Assembly (NCBI RefSeq): GCF_964204645.1
Contig: NC_134032.1
Coordinates: forward strand, 8,730,275-8,794,274
Length of the DNA stretch: 64,000 nucleotides
Direction: 5' to 3'
Origin: Tubulanus polymorphus
Taxonomy: Eukaryota; Animalia; Nemertea
The stretch's first letter is position 1; the number at the start of each line of letters is the position of its first letter. Positions 37,697-50,744 of the stretch are shown here, one piece after another. The notes beneath the pieces are model-generated. The model saw only the letters and a list, made by a program, of their open reading frames with translations. It searched no databases and had not been told where the DNA came from. The position numbers and the translations under genes are program-made.

Positions 37697-38332
37697 CCAG
37701 GAATAAAGACACTAAATATTTGGATGGATATATGAAAGCTGTGGGTACTGGAGTGTGTAATGGGTAGTGTAGTGTGATCTGTGTGCATTTGTGGCCAGTA
37801 CACAGATCACATTGTTCATTGGGGTTTGGTCCAGGACGAGATTTTCAACAACACGGAAGAAACGTGTAATAAATGATGACTTGAATTATTGTTGGAAAAC
37901 TAAACGTTCCGTACTGACTAAAAATTAGTAATAACATTTTAGAAATGGCCAGAATTTTAACTTAGGTTCTATCTCATTTTTATTTTACAATTGCGATTGG
38001 TATAATTTTTTTTAAACGGCCGTTAAGGCTTCATGTTTCGTCTGCAATTCACTGCAAATAGTTACGCAACTACGCACATTTCAGTGTTTTTGGCAGCTGT
38101 ACACTCAATCGGCACCGTTCGTGACTAGCTTCACTGCGGAATTATCATTAATAACCATCGCCATATCGCATCATCAACTTATATTGTGCCTTAAAACCCT
38201 AACAGCCGAAATAATTGATATGCACACACGATTTCTATCATTGAAAATTGAGAGAGTGGCCATGTTTGTGTTCTGCTGCTTCGCGTAAATCCCGCGCGGT
38301 GGCGCAACCGCGCGGAGTGGGGCCGATACGTC
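37697..38332 (-). repeat. ~640 bp interspersed repeat, copy 2 (inverted copy of 5874-6540)
   Basis: Direct comparison; lacks ~26 nt present at ~6321-6345 of copy 1. Confidence 0.92.
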
Positions 38333-39210
38333 GTGTATCATCTACAGGGGGTGCTCGATGAGAGGTCGGATGGCGCAAACGATGACCAGTTGAATGCAGA
38401 CAACAACATCCACTGGGAGGACCTCTGGCTAGCACCATATACCTCCTCAGCGAGTGACGAAGATCTTGATTTCAACGAATCGAAATTCTCGTGGAAATTG
38501 ATTTAACAAAATTATATATTTCATTCTAAATATGTAAGTATTTTACAACGATTTTAGCAGATTTGTCACAATGCATTTAACGGTAATGAATATAGAAATC
38601 TCAAAAATAGCTATTAAAGATAAGAGCAAGGAAAAGCAAATGCGATACTCTATGATTAAAAGGCGAAAAAGGAATTATCAATTCTCAACACGAAAAAGCT
38701 CGAAGAAAACTTGTAAAATTCACGATCCTTCAAAATAGACACGTAGTCCCTGGGCCCAGTTGCACAGCCAGGCCAGATAAAACTTAAAATCATAGACAAG
38801 TCTAAAATTAATAGATACGTAAACAAAAGGAGCTTAGACCGGGTTTAAGTTTTAAAAACGGTTATAGAAACGAAATGAGTTGAGACCGGTCTTGTCTAGG
38901 TCTGAAATGTACAGCTGACTTCGCAATGAAACATGGCCCATGAACTTCGAATGCGAAAATAGAGCCACCTGGTTACATGATAAACATAAATTCCAAATTA
39001 AGCTTTTATCCTTGGAGAGATGGAAGTCACTTCACTAAGATGGCGCCACTGAGATATCGGACGATCAAAATCGATCAAAATTAGTTCATTTCCAAGTAAC
39101 GATTTGAACGATCGGATGTGTAATTGTGAATGTGTGTTGTGGTTTTAAAATTTCGAAAGTTCGTCTATACCTTTTTTCTCAACTTTTCCCTCGCTGAAGC
39201 GCAGGGTTTG

Positions 39211-41766
39211 TCACTGTCCATCCAGACCCGTGACCTTGAACACGTTAAACTGGTTCCATGCCGAATTATTGACCATCACGCATTTTCCGCTTGACCACGA
39301 CGCCACGTAGACATAAAGCAGGTCTCGAGCTTTCATCTCGATCTGCGCTGCTACGTTTATCAAGCGCTCCTGCTTGCCGGTCACTGTCTGGAAGCTCTCT
39401 GCCATCACCTCTTCGGCTAACGTGTCCGAACCGTACTTTCTGATGCTCAGTATCGCCAGGCAGTTGTGCGCGCCACCTGACGGCGTTCTTGCTGCGAACG
39501 ACGCCTGCGCGTACGCGTAGAATACCCCGGATGTACCGGCCTCGACTTTGGCGTCGGAGAATCTTTTCAGACTTTTGTCGTCGCTTCGTTTCGATTTGCT
39601 GCGAAGATCGTCTGGCGCCCATCTCACCGCACCGCCACCTATATTTCAGAAAACGTAACATAGAGATGTACACCACGTACACACCACGAGGGGGAAGTAT
39701 AGAAAATAAAATACCTGTGCCGGTGCTGGCCTTTTCTAAACGGATAGCACTAGGAGTCGTGCAGTTTCGGAGAGGTTTAACGGTGGTATGTACCGGTGGA
39801 ATCGTGCCCGTCTGGCGGCAGTTCGGCTCTGAAAAGGCGAACGAAACCAAAGACTAACTCTACATCATTTGCGAGCATTTAAACGAGGACCCGCTTTCAC
39901 ATTTATCGGGTTAGATATAAACTCTAGCGACAATTGTCGAAATGGATCTACGATTCTTGGTTCTGGTTCCATTATGTGAGTTAACCTCGACAGCTCTTTA
40001 CCTTCGAAATTTGACTGAGACACGAAGCAGGGGCGGATCCCGGGGGCTAAACGGCCCGCCCCCTATTTCTGCCGAGATATCATTTTTACAACCTGGCTTA
40101 AGAAACAGTTACAGATACAGTGGCAAACTATTGTCGGTTATTTTGTTCTAGACTCACTCCCGATGCTCGGAGGGTGATCTATTTTAAACAAAATTTGAAA
40201 ACATTTTCTTGTGGGCACAAACCCCCTACATACGCACGTCTCGGATTTTTCGGCTCCCCCTCCTAGATCTACCCCTGCAAAGGTCACTCGCAACTTCGCA
40301 ACGGAATGACTTTCTTATAGGCATAGCCTACCTTCTCCAAGTTTTCGATTCAGTCGTTGTTCCAAAATCTGAAGAAGCAAGAATTCATGTCCACATGTTC
40401 ATCTTTAGACATAAAGACATTAATCGTTATTACGGTGGCTCATTCGGAAATGTCGGAAGAACTCGATCAAAATTAGTTCATTCTCCTTGCCGAACATTGC
40501 ATAAAAAATTTGCATACTTTGCCAAAAATCCAAAAATTAGGAAACTCAAGCATCGATATAAACTTTGATTAGTCTTAAGAGTTCATATGTGGCGCGATTT
40601 TCATACATCATGCTTAGAATTTTAGAAATTATTGCTCGATTTTAATCGAGTTTGAGAAGAAATCCGGCGTTGACGTCGTATTAACACCAGCGACACCTGG
40701 CGGAGGATAGTGGAATTTCGCTTGCCACAGTAGCGTTGCCGGTACTCCATTCCTGATACGCCAAATGAGGACACTAAGAAGCCGAAATAAAAAGGGAACG
40801 CTGATCGGATTGTCCCTAAAGGTCGATTTTGGCACGTGAAAAGAGTTTCATGTTATGGCACCCCGGCCAACGAGGCACGAAAAGCCGTTTAGGTGCACGC
40901 TACAGCACATCTTGTGGATCTATCGTTTGATTTTTTTTCTCCGCTACGAAATGAAATAAGATCATTTTTCTCTTGGCCGAAAACTGAATTGAAAAATCTA
41001 TTTCCCGGGCTTAGAATGCAAGTTGCTTTTCAGTACGAATGTAAATAGCGCAGTTCTGCACACAAATCCGTCGTAAAAGCTTTGTTGCTATTGGTATATT
41101 CTCTTTTCGGTTTTTTCGATTGCGGAACGAACTATAAGAGTATTCAAAATATATACCGAGAAAGATTATTTTTGTAACGACACGGGGTACAGTCTTCAAA
41201 CAGGTTTAAACGATAAGAACACGTATAATATATAAGTGATTTATTTGTTTCGAGATTGTCGTCTATTTCTATGGCATACTATCTTTAAGCGGGTTTGCTA
41301 CCTTGAAAGGTTTTTCTTAGATTATCTGCAAGAGTCTCAGAAGAAAATGGGCACTTACATTTTCGATCAATCTGTAGACATTATCGGCGGTACCCGGGCA
41401 GCATTTGCCATCGCCTTCGCCCTTCGACCCGGCGTATGTTCGCCGACTTCGATTATTCGAGTCGCCAGCAGCGAAATCGCACGGAAGGCACAACCCACCG
41501 CCGCCGCCGGGCGGGGAGCCGCTCAATCCTCGGCTCTGCGTCCGCGCGGCCGACTGGCTCCCAGAGCCTCGTCGGGTAGATTCGTCGTCACCTGCCTCTT
41601 GCCAGACGAGAAGCAACGTCACGCATACGCTGGCGTACAAAACCAGCAATACGCCAACTCCTTGGGCCACCAGTTCTTTACGAACAGCTTGCACCCCCTT
41701 GCGTTGGCCGGGTACTATATGCACCTCATCTTTCACTTGTACAGAGTCGCATGGATCTAGAGGCAT
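39211..41766 (-). CDS. TNF-superfamily ligand, type II membrane protein, ~328 aa; exons 41766-41359, 40368-40332, 39828-39715, 39638-39211
   Basis: All introns GT-AG with matching phases (0,1,1), 987 nt; TM GVGVLLVLYASVCVTLLLVW; stalk LCLPC...KCC; RSRR furin-like site; TNF-domain strands PSAIRL, VRW, SGVFYAYAQASF, KARDLLYVYV, NQFNVFKV. Confidence 0.9.
40028..40277. mobile_element. MITE CAGGGGCGGATC...GATCTACCCCTG in TNF intron 2
   Basis: Imperfect 12-bp TIRs; flanks cgaag/caaag (5-bp TSD, one mismatch). Confidence 0.65.
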
Positions 41767-42364
41767 AGCGTACCTTTTACATTCTTTTTCAAAATGAAGC
41801 CCAGTTGGCAAAGCGTACTATATTTACAATCATATTAGGTTATCAAACAATATAATCACAGCATATTACGCACTTGGAAACCGGTCGAGTTCAAAAACCC
41901 AAAACCAGGTAGTGGGTTATCAGCTATAGTGCTATTGATATCTTATTGAGATTGTTGGTCATATACCCGATGATAGTTTAAAGCCCAGTTTTACTTTAGC
42001 TTACGTTAAGCTTACGTCAAAACACTTGGGGGATGTTTAAACAGTTATATAGAACCAGCATCTGGAGCATTACGTAGTCATGTTGCAGTTATGACCTCAA
42101 GACCGGTCGACCATCTTGGTTTTATGGCCGATCTAGTATTTAAGACCGGTCTTAAAATCTAAGACCACATTGGAACTAACTTGGGGTTAAGATTTATATA
42201 CTTCTTGCCAAGAAGAAGCAATACCGAACTGAATATTGAAAAGAAAATAAGCGAACAAAGAATTAAACGAAAAAACCAGTTTTATTTACGAGAGTCATAT
42301 AATTTTTGTTTCTTTATTAAGCAATCAGTTTCACGTTTCGATCACAAACACCTTTCAATCTTTC

Positions 42365-45300
42365 CTAAGAATTGCATTTATATTTCACTTCGACGTACTT
42401 CGAAGTTCCCGGACACGGGTCTGAAAGCCCGACGAAATTCGGAGTACAACTGTTCTTGCCTTTACACCTATATACGGAAATTGAAATAAGACAGCGATTA
42501 CAAATTATGAACCAAAACCCCCCGAATCCCTATTACCATTCGATAATACGATTACAACGTCTAGAATGAAAAATATTCGAACTTAGTTGGTTAATTCATA
42601 ATCTAATATCAGAATCGCCTGTACCATCCGATTCAAATGTATCGCTCTCAAGTCACATAGATTTCTCAATCTGTGGTTCGAAAAAAACCGACCCGAGCGG
42701 AGATTACGGCATCACCCAATTCATATATCGCTCGCAAATCATTCACATTTTAACTTTTCTAAGAGAAATGCGACGCTAGTAGAGACTTCTGCATAGACCA
42801 TTCATTAGATTGGGGTTTGAGAGGCCCCAGTTCCACAGATGTGAGTAAGAGTTAACTCATGAGTTGAAATCAGTTAATTATCAATGTTTTTAACTCCAGC
42901 GAGATATTTGACTCAGTACTGTGGCTGTGGAACTGGATCCATGTGTCTTGGCTATGGTGGACGTATATATAAATCTATTCTAATTTCTAGTTAATTCAAG
43001 CAGAGACAATGAATAAGTATTTAGTATCATATCACCAGATACTCACTGAGCATTGAGCATATCGGGAATTTGTGATCTATCCAGACATTCGATGCTGATA
43101 AAAGGCGACTGGCGGCAATATTGCGAGGAGGTTCTACCGTAGTACGAGTCAAGGATATCGACAGTTTGACCATCAGGGCACGCGATTTCTACCTGGCCGA
43201 ATTTATCCGCGCAAATCTGCAAAGTACCTGCATTTAAACATTAAAAGACAATACAAGTCGAATCGATTGAAATTCTATAAGTAAAAAAGAAAAATTTGAC
43301 ATAGAATAACTAGGTCAGTCAACCAATTGACCCACATATAATGAGACATTAATCTAAAAGTCCTTTGTTGTAATCGGTCACAAGTTAAGTAGTTTCAGAA
43401 CCTAGAACAATATCAACAATACGCACTAGGTAAGATCCGTATAAGTGACTGGCTCTATTATCTTGTCTGGCCGAGATATACTGGTAAAACCCTGCGAAGA
43501 AGGAACGCGGTAGCTCGCGTTGCCATCAAGTACGAACCCCTGCGAGGGAGGGGGGGGGGGGCGTGGCGGACCCCCGTGATGTTACCAGGTTCGAACCACC
43601 GAGGGAAAAGTCCGGCGACGTTACCAGATGTCACCACATAGTGAAGAACGTGGTAGAGAGTCTCATCATGGTACATCAGGTTCGGGTACCCGCGAGGAAG
43701 GCGGAACGTGGCCGAAGCTCAGTACATACCTTCTTGGCAGAAGATACCGCTCCAGCCAGGACTGCAGGTGCACGTGTACGAACCTGGCGTGTTAACGCAG
43801 TTACCGTGAACGCATCTGTTCAATTCATTCTCGCATTCGTTTATATCTACAATATAGAGAAAAAGAACATGTTACAAGTTTCGTGATGGAAATATCCAAA
43901 AAGGGCGAAAGAGAAATGAACCGATGAAAAACTAAGCCACAAATTTTTTCATCAAAAATATTATTCTCATCCGTTCTAATTCCCTCCACATTATGTCCCA
44001 TACTTGTATATTTTTGTATATATTTATTGCATGTTGTAATTTATTGTGGAAATAAATCATTATCATCATTATTATCAATCAATTACTTTAGTGTTAAATC
44101 AATTTACTATCACTTATTGTCAATTTGTTCAAAAGCTGTTTTACCAGATTCAGAAGCACTCGTTGCTACAATCAACAAATTCACTTGTGTTACCAAATCA
44201 TATTCCAGTGTCCAGAAATAATTTGTACTCGGTTACTCAACGTTCAACTAATGAATTAGTTGAGAAATTTGATCTTAATTTTCTAGACTTATTCGTTACC
44301 AGATTCGCAAACGGTGCCCTTATATCCGGATGGACAGGTGCAGACTGGTCCGGTATAACTGGGAAAGCATTCGCCATCATTCTGACACATATTCGGCTCG
44401 CATTGATCTGAAAAAATACCGTACACAGAAGTTACCGATCGACGATTTTAGATCGTCGTAGGAATGGGACAGAGGCGATTGAGGCGGGTTTACAGGCAGT
44501 CAAACCAATTCGGGATAGTGCCAAAGATGGTATTGATTTGACGGAAACATCTGAAGGATCGAGGAGCGAAACAGCTCGGGGCGAGGTCGACTGACGCCGC
44601 CTCTCCAAAACAATGTTTCTATACGGAAAAAGTGTATCGTTATGCAAAGGCAAGGGTGCATTAGATTCGGCTACGATGGTTGTTGCGTTGAACCCTCTTA
44701 GGGGTAATTGAAGACATATCTATGGACAAAAGTGACCTAAACCCCAATCCCTTTTGAATACGAAATATTGATTAGAAGGATGGGCAAGGCGATATCCTAT
44801 GCTTGGATATATCATCTGCCTGTCGTTACGGTGCGGATTCGCGATGTATCCAATGCGAACAATGTGAAACCAACAGTTAGTGGAGAAATATTATTCGGAT
44901 ATTTCGACCAAGGGATTTGGCACGCTGTGGTTCGGTCATTGTTCCAAGATGGCCGGTTATTAGTCCCGACGACTATAAGTGGACGAACTACGAAAACCGA
45001 AGTAACCCAGGTAACGTCCATCGCCGTGTTGTAGGCTCGTCACGCCGTCTAGTTCAAGGCCATAAACTTATCACGATACTACGCGTAATTTGAATCGGCG
45101 GCGACGCGTACATACGACAAAATGGTCGCCGCGTAAACATACAAATCTCCGCCTTATTTCCCGCTGGGTCCATTAGCGCAATGACCGATCAGCACACAGC
45201 ACATATACCCGTTACACAGAATCATTACAGCAACAAGCAATTTAGACCCGCTGAGCGAATTACTCAATGGAATCGCACGGCCACTAGGATTGGCGAGGCT

Positions 45301-47088
45301 GGCAGCACAAAGCGATCATTGTCATGGGAAAAATCATTTAAAGACTGTATCAAACCACCCAGTCTAGGTTAACTATCCATACCTAGTTAACTTTGATGTC
45401 CAGCAAATAAAACCTGGTCCAGGATGTGTCCCCTAGCGATAATTTTGATAACCAGTCTATATAACCGGGTCCATGTCTTTAACTCCAGTTGCATAGTCAT
45501 TGCTTAGATTTAGGACCAGTCTTTAGACAATATATAAGTTCTATAGCTATAATCAAACAACATAAGTATAATCCCGAGATTTGAGTACACTTTTGGTCGG
45601 AAGTCACTATGCGCAACTGTGCGGGCCATGGTCTAAAAAAGTTAGATTCGACTTACCGACGGCGCACGTGAGGCCCATGAAGCCCAACGGACACGGTTGA
45701 CAGGAGGCTAGCCCGTTCAGGCTATAGCAGGGCGCGTGGTTCGCGCACGGATTCGGTTTACACGGATCTGAAAGATACGAAAACCGCGAATCATGTTTCA
45801 AATTGGACAAGTACGTGATAATGTGTGGTTCTAGAATGGAAAAATATTATATAAGACCGTTAGCTGAAAAATTGATACCTTTTTTTCTCATTTGTGCTAA
45901 GGTTTAAAAGTTGAACCGGCCTACGTATCTACCCTGCACGTTAATCTTTTAAGAACCATGATCAAACTAACCGTAACAGACTAACCGGCAGCAATAGAAA
46001 TGAACTGATTACAAATTCCATTGCAGTTTCCAAAATTACCCGGCCGATAAGGAGAAAAAATGCATCATTTTAAGCCTTAAATGCGAACAGTTATTCCAAT
46101 CGGAATGACTCAAAAGATATATCACTTTACCGGTTTCGTCGGAAGACGATGTCCCCGGACGACGCTTGTAATGACTGCTGGGGAACCGAGCTCGATTGCG
46201 ATTACCTGAAACACATCATATGAATATAGATTACAGTTAATATACTGTTGGCAACTGACATCAATCGCGTCATGGGTTTCAGCAGCTTTTAACAAATTGA
46301 GAAAATGTTGTGAACATTATTTGTTTCACCCATTACATTTGTGAATTACTCGGCGGATTCTTATAGGGGGGGGGGGGGGGAACTTACCGGGAGGATTCTT
46401 ACCAAGGGGGATTTTTACCAGGGGGATTCTTGCCTTGTGGGATTTTAACAAGGGGGTAATGGGTATTTTTACGTAGGGGATATTCACCGGGGGATTTTTA
46501 TCAGGGAATTTTTACCTTGTAGGGTTTTACCGAGGGTGTACCGGGGGGGATTATTACCTACATCACCAATAAGTGACCACATTGATCCTAAATAGCGGCT
46601 ACCGCCTTGTATTTTGAAATGCCACCACATGACATAGATATGTCGTAGAATTCTTAAGGACTACATGTTTTCTTATCAATAGATTTACCAATATTTACCG
46701 GCACGTTTTAGTGTTTATCTGAACTCGATTGTTAAAAGTGCCCTTCTCATACGCTGCCGTACTTATAGGTACGTTTTTATCGAAGGGACCCGTCAAAACA
46801 ACTGATATAGTTTGATTCATTCGCGGATAAAAGGGAATATAATATGATAGGGTCCAAAAGGATATCGTGAAAAGTTAAAAGCATTAGCTCCGAACTAACC
46901 GTTTATTTCGGGCCGAGTGACCCGGGAGCCGAAATTGCCACCATAATCCGTAGTATATCCACCCTGGTGGGGATAATCGTAATCCGCGTAATCGTAATCC
47001 GGATGCGTGATATAGTAGTTGTAGTCGGGAAAACGGTTGCCCGGATTACGGATGCGGGCGCTGCGCAAACGAATCACACCCGAAACCA
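42365..47088 (-). CDS. EGF-EGF-cbEGF + C-terminal SUEL (rhamnose/galactose-binding) lectin protein, 5'-incomplete; exons 47088-46900, 46205-46131, 45767-45657, 44407-44300, 43846-43730, 43227-43047, 42467-42365
   Basis: Phase-consistent GT-AG chain; DPCKPNPCANHAPC..., DQCEPNMCQNDGEC..., DINECENELNRCVHGNCVNTPGSYTCTC; SUEL motifs IACPDGQTVDILDSYYGR, CKGKNSC, DPCPGTSKYVEVKYKC. Confidence 0.9.
46366..46560 (+). repeat. G-rich ~14-15 bp repeat (ggggattcttacc) following a G15 run
   Basis: About 12 degenerate units, intronic. Confidence 0.75.
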
Positions 47089-47422
47089 CTTATAATAAAG
47101 AAGAAAAAACAGAAAAATCACGAATTTCAGATACGATTTTTCTTTTTCCGGAAAACCAACACGTAATTACAATTGAAATTAATTGAAATCTATTCGAAGA
47201 TGATTTTTCCAAGGAATTTCGAAGAAAAAATATTGGTCTGCTATGTTATATGGGCCATTCAGTCTATAAGACTTTCTTGGGTTGGATTTTTTTGGGTTGG
47301 ATCTTTAATTTTCATCAGCATGAAAAGCAAACATTTTTGCTTACAAGAAACAATTCAATTCAGATTTCGAATTTTTAATTCTCAACCAAATTTCGAATTT
47401 TGATTAATCTACTTGGCTTTAC

Positions 47423-48307
47423 GAAATCGTTTTCCACGACTTCGGTCATCGTAGTTTGGAGGAATTTTCGTCGGCAAGAATTTGTTAATTACTTCTTCAA
47501 GCATAAGTTTTTTTCTAAAATGAATTCAGACTAAAAGGAGATGGGAGACCTGCTATCAGAATAAGTTCCGTCGATATCGTTAGGATTTTCATCGCGAGAT
47601 CTTTCGTTCCCTAGGAGAAAATAAAAGAAACGAATGTAGAAATAAAAAACGATGCGTTAATCTTAGTTCGATTCATTTGAAGAGGCCAGAATTAAGTTCC
47701 GCAGTTGCGAATAAAATTCGATTTGAATGACTTAGTGATTTGAACAGTTCCAGGTGCATATGGGTTAATGCTTAGTTATATTTTATCTTAAATTGGGGAT
47801 TGATTGTTTTCTATTTGATTGGTAGATTTCGTTCGTTTTTTTTTTCATTTCGTGTCCCTTGCAGACCTACCACACCTGCAGGGATCGAAACAGCGATAAA
47901 ACATTTTCGTAAAAGAAACGAATATAGAAATAAAAAACGATTCGTTAATCTAAGGAAAGAAAAACCTGGGTCAAAGACTTTGAGATCGACGACTTTCCGA
48001 ATACTGAAGTCAAATACTTGCGACGACTGCGGGAACGGATCCGCAGTTGTTTTGAGTTAAATCCTTGAAATTAGTTCATTTTCAAATAATTACTTAATCA
48101 TTCGACTTAATCATTAGGAATCCAAAGAATGAAGATAAAGCTTACTGGTTAATAAATCTTGTGCGTTGAAGATACGAGAATCGGCCGGCAAGTTTGTACA
48201 GCCCCTTACCACCAGACCTGTGCGCGGTACCCGGTCGGTAGACTCAACACGCCACGAGCGCACCCGCAACGTTCTTATTGCCATCGATCACCCGGAAAAA
48301 TTACCGT
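47423..48307 (-). pseudogene. Two disrupted candidate 5' exons of the EGF-SUEL gene (48307-48146, 47610-47423)
   Basis: Good acceptors (tttgcag, ttctcctag) and donors (gtaagc, gtaaag); 162-nt phase 1-1 exon has in-frame TGA at 48290-48288; 188-nt exon has a TAG and needs a 1-nt shift at an A7 run. Confidence 0.45.
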
Positions 48308-48802
48308 CTGCAAACCCGCAACCGAGATGTGAACAAAAATGAAAAAGCTTTTTCTTACTTCTGTTATATCAATTTCAAACCCCCGCACCTGTCAGTACAC
48401 CGGCGGCGTCACCGTTGAAAAGGGGCGTGGCCGCTGTTACGTCACCCACACTGGCGCCGTGACGTGACGCGATGGTGATAAAATTGCGGACGACAGCCTT
48501 GTCATAATGCGCGGTTCGATTCGTTTGAAGAGGCCAAAATTAAGTTCCACAGTTGCGAATGATATTCGACTTGAACGATTTTAGTTATTTTATCTCCGAG
48601 TTAAAACTTATTTTGTACCCAGTTCTATCGATGCATATGAGCTACGGTTTGGATATTTTTCATCTTAAGATAGAAATTGACCCTCCTGTTATTCATTGGA
48701 TTAGTAGATTTCGTTTTTCATTTTTGATTTGGTGTCCCTTACAAACCTACCACGCACCTGCAGGGATCGGAACGGCGTTAAAATATTCGAAAGGCACTGA
48801 TT

Positions 48803-50104
48803 TCAACTTGAAGTGAAATCTATCGATGTCGTTGAGATTTGAGAGTCATCTCGACTCAATTGAACTGAGCTCATTTCGATTCTGTGATGTCGTCGAGTAT
48901 GCCTCACAACTGCAGAACCGGCATCCATTTCCGGAAATGTGTTGATATTTCGCTGTAGGCAAATCTGATGAAAAATGAATTCATTTTCAAACAGGTTGTT
49001 GATTATTAGCGTTTCGCGAATCGATTTGGGCACGACTGTAAGAATATTGTGAAAATTTCACTCGATTCCCATCGATCTGAAGTCGTTGACAAAATGTATG
49101 AAACTATCTCAATGTTGGTAGCGGGCATAGTGCTAGATTTTTTTCAGCTACAGGAAAGGCGGTAATGTCTGTCGAATTAAGTGATTTGGTGGAGTAAAAC
49201 ACGGTTCGTGTCTAAACCAATGGATTCACGTTTAGAAATTTCAATAATTAACAAAATATTCGCAACGTACATATAGAATTACATGTATTTAGTAGAAATG
49301 ATTCTCAAATCATTGAATTGAAAATGTGTCCATATAGGGACTGGTTTATAGTTTTAATAATCTCAGGACCAGGCATATGTATATACGTACGTAGGGTTAC
49401 AGGAAGCAATACTCAATATGAAAAAAAAACCTATCTTTTGAGATCTCTTATACGCGTAAAAGGGTAGATCTTAAATATATAAACTCATAATTTCCAATAT
49501 CCATTTGGTTTGCCGAGTATCTACTCTGAAGGTCACAAGCTGACGTTTCCGAAGTTCATCAACAGCTGCGATCGAACGATATTCAGGCCTCCACATTTCG
49601 TCTGCAAGCACATCAGAGAAAAAAAACTGAGCGCCTCTATCCTCTTTGTCCAATTACCCCCTTCCCATGTCGTAGCATTTCCCACAGCGCTTCAAAGTCC
49701 ATGTATTCCCTCCTCTCTCCCTTCCCTCAAACACTTTTAATTCCATCTATTCCGGATCCTATCATTTCCCTCTAAATATCGTTGTTCTCATTCTTGTCCC
49801 CCCTCTCTCCTCTCTCCTTCCTGTGGCTATCTGCATCCAGTCTCTCCACCTCATCTTATCTCATTTCCCATCTTCTTATTCTCCCCGTTCCCTCTTCTTT
49901 CCTTCTTCGCCTTCACTTCTTCTGTACCTCCATTCTCCCGAGCTCTTACTGACAAAGGCTGCGAACGTTCCGTATTATTTTTCATAAAATAACCTCTCGC
50001 CAGTCACCTGCACACATGGCGCGCAACACACCGACCGGGTTAGGACAGACACACGTTGTCTGCATACTGATGGAGAGATCAAGAATACAAATAATGAGGC
50101 GCAT
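48803..50104 (-). CDS. Candidate 3-exon small ORF (~107 aa; 50104-50008, 49601-49525, 48952-48803), or further decayed 5' exons of the EGF-SUEL gene
   Basis: Phase-compatible chain MRLIICILDLSISMQTTCVC.../DEMWRPEY...LRKRQLVTFR/RNINTFPEM...; second donor (gtagat) weak; no recognisable domain. Confidence 0.3.
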
Positions 50105-50744
50105 AAGTTCCTGGCACTATGTCGCTCTTTACTATACTCTTCAGCGAAACGGATAAGATTAATGTAACGATTAATCATGAATAAACATATTCTACGTCCG
50201 CGCCTGACGTTTTACAAACGATGTGTCGTTTCGTTGAAAAATAAATTACGCTGAATTGAAAAGTAAGTCAACATGACGAATCGTCGTAACAAGAAATACG
50301 AATAACAGCCTAGCTTTAAAACTATTAAGCTGCCAAAGGTTCTGAAAATAGTCAAATTATCGAAGTTAACCACAGTCCATCAGTCCACTGTCCATTTGCT
50401 CACTATCTACCGTCTAATAATAATAATGATAATTACAATAATAGTAATAATAATCTGTATATTCACCATTGAGCTTATTCCTGTTGATCAATGAAATCTT
50501 TAACAACAACAACATTGCCGTTATTACGCTGAATTAGTAAAACAGTGCTATGATATTTGAACTTATATTGATAAGCAATCTGCACATGATAGTCCCCGCT
50601 TCGATTGAACTGGTGTGTCGATTGTTTTAGGGAATTTAGTTTTTCTAAATTTATGGAAGACGTTTTCGACCGCATTTCGTCTGCGCACGCGCTATCAAAC
50701 TACCTGAGCCCGCTCTAATCATATAGATGGCGCAATAGTTTCGA

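Noticed and set aside
41236-41797. Plus-strand 174 aa and 130 aa ORFs
   Set aside because: Antisense shadows of GC-rich TNF exon 1
48288-48290. In-frame TGA as selenocysteine
   Set aside because: Neighbouring exon also has TAG and a frameshift; no redox motif or SECIS recognised
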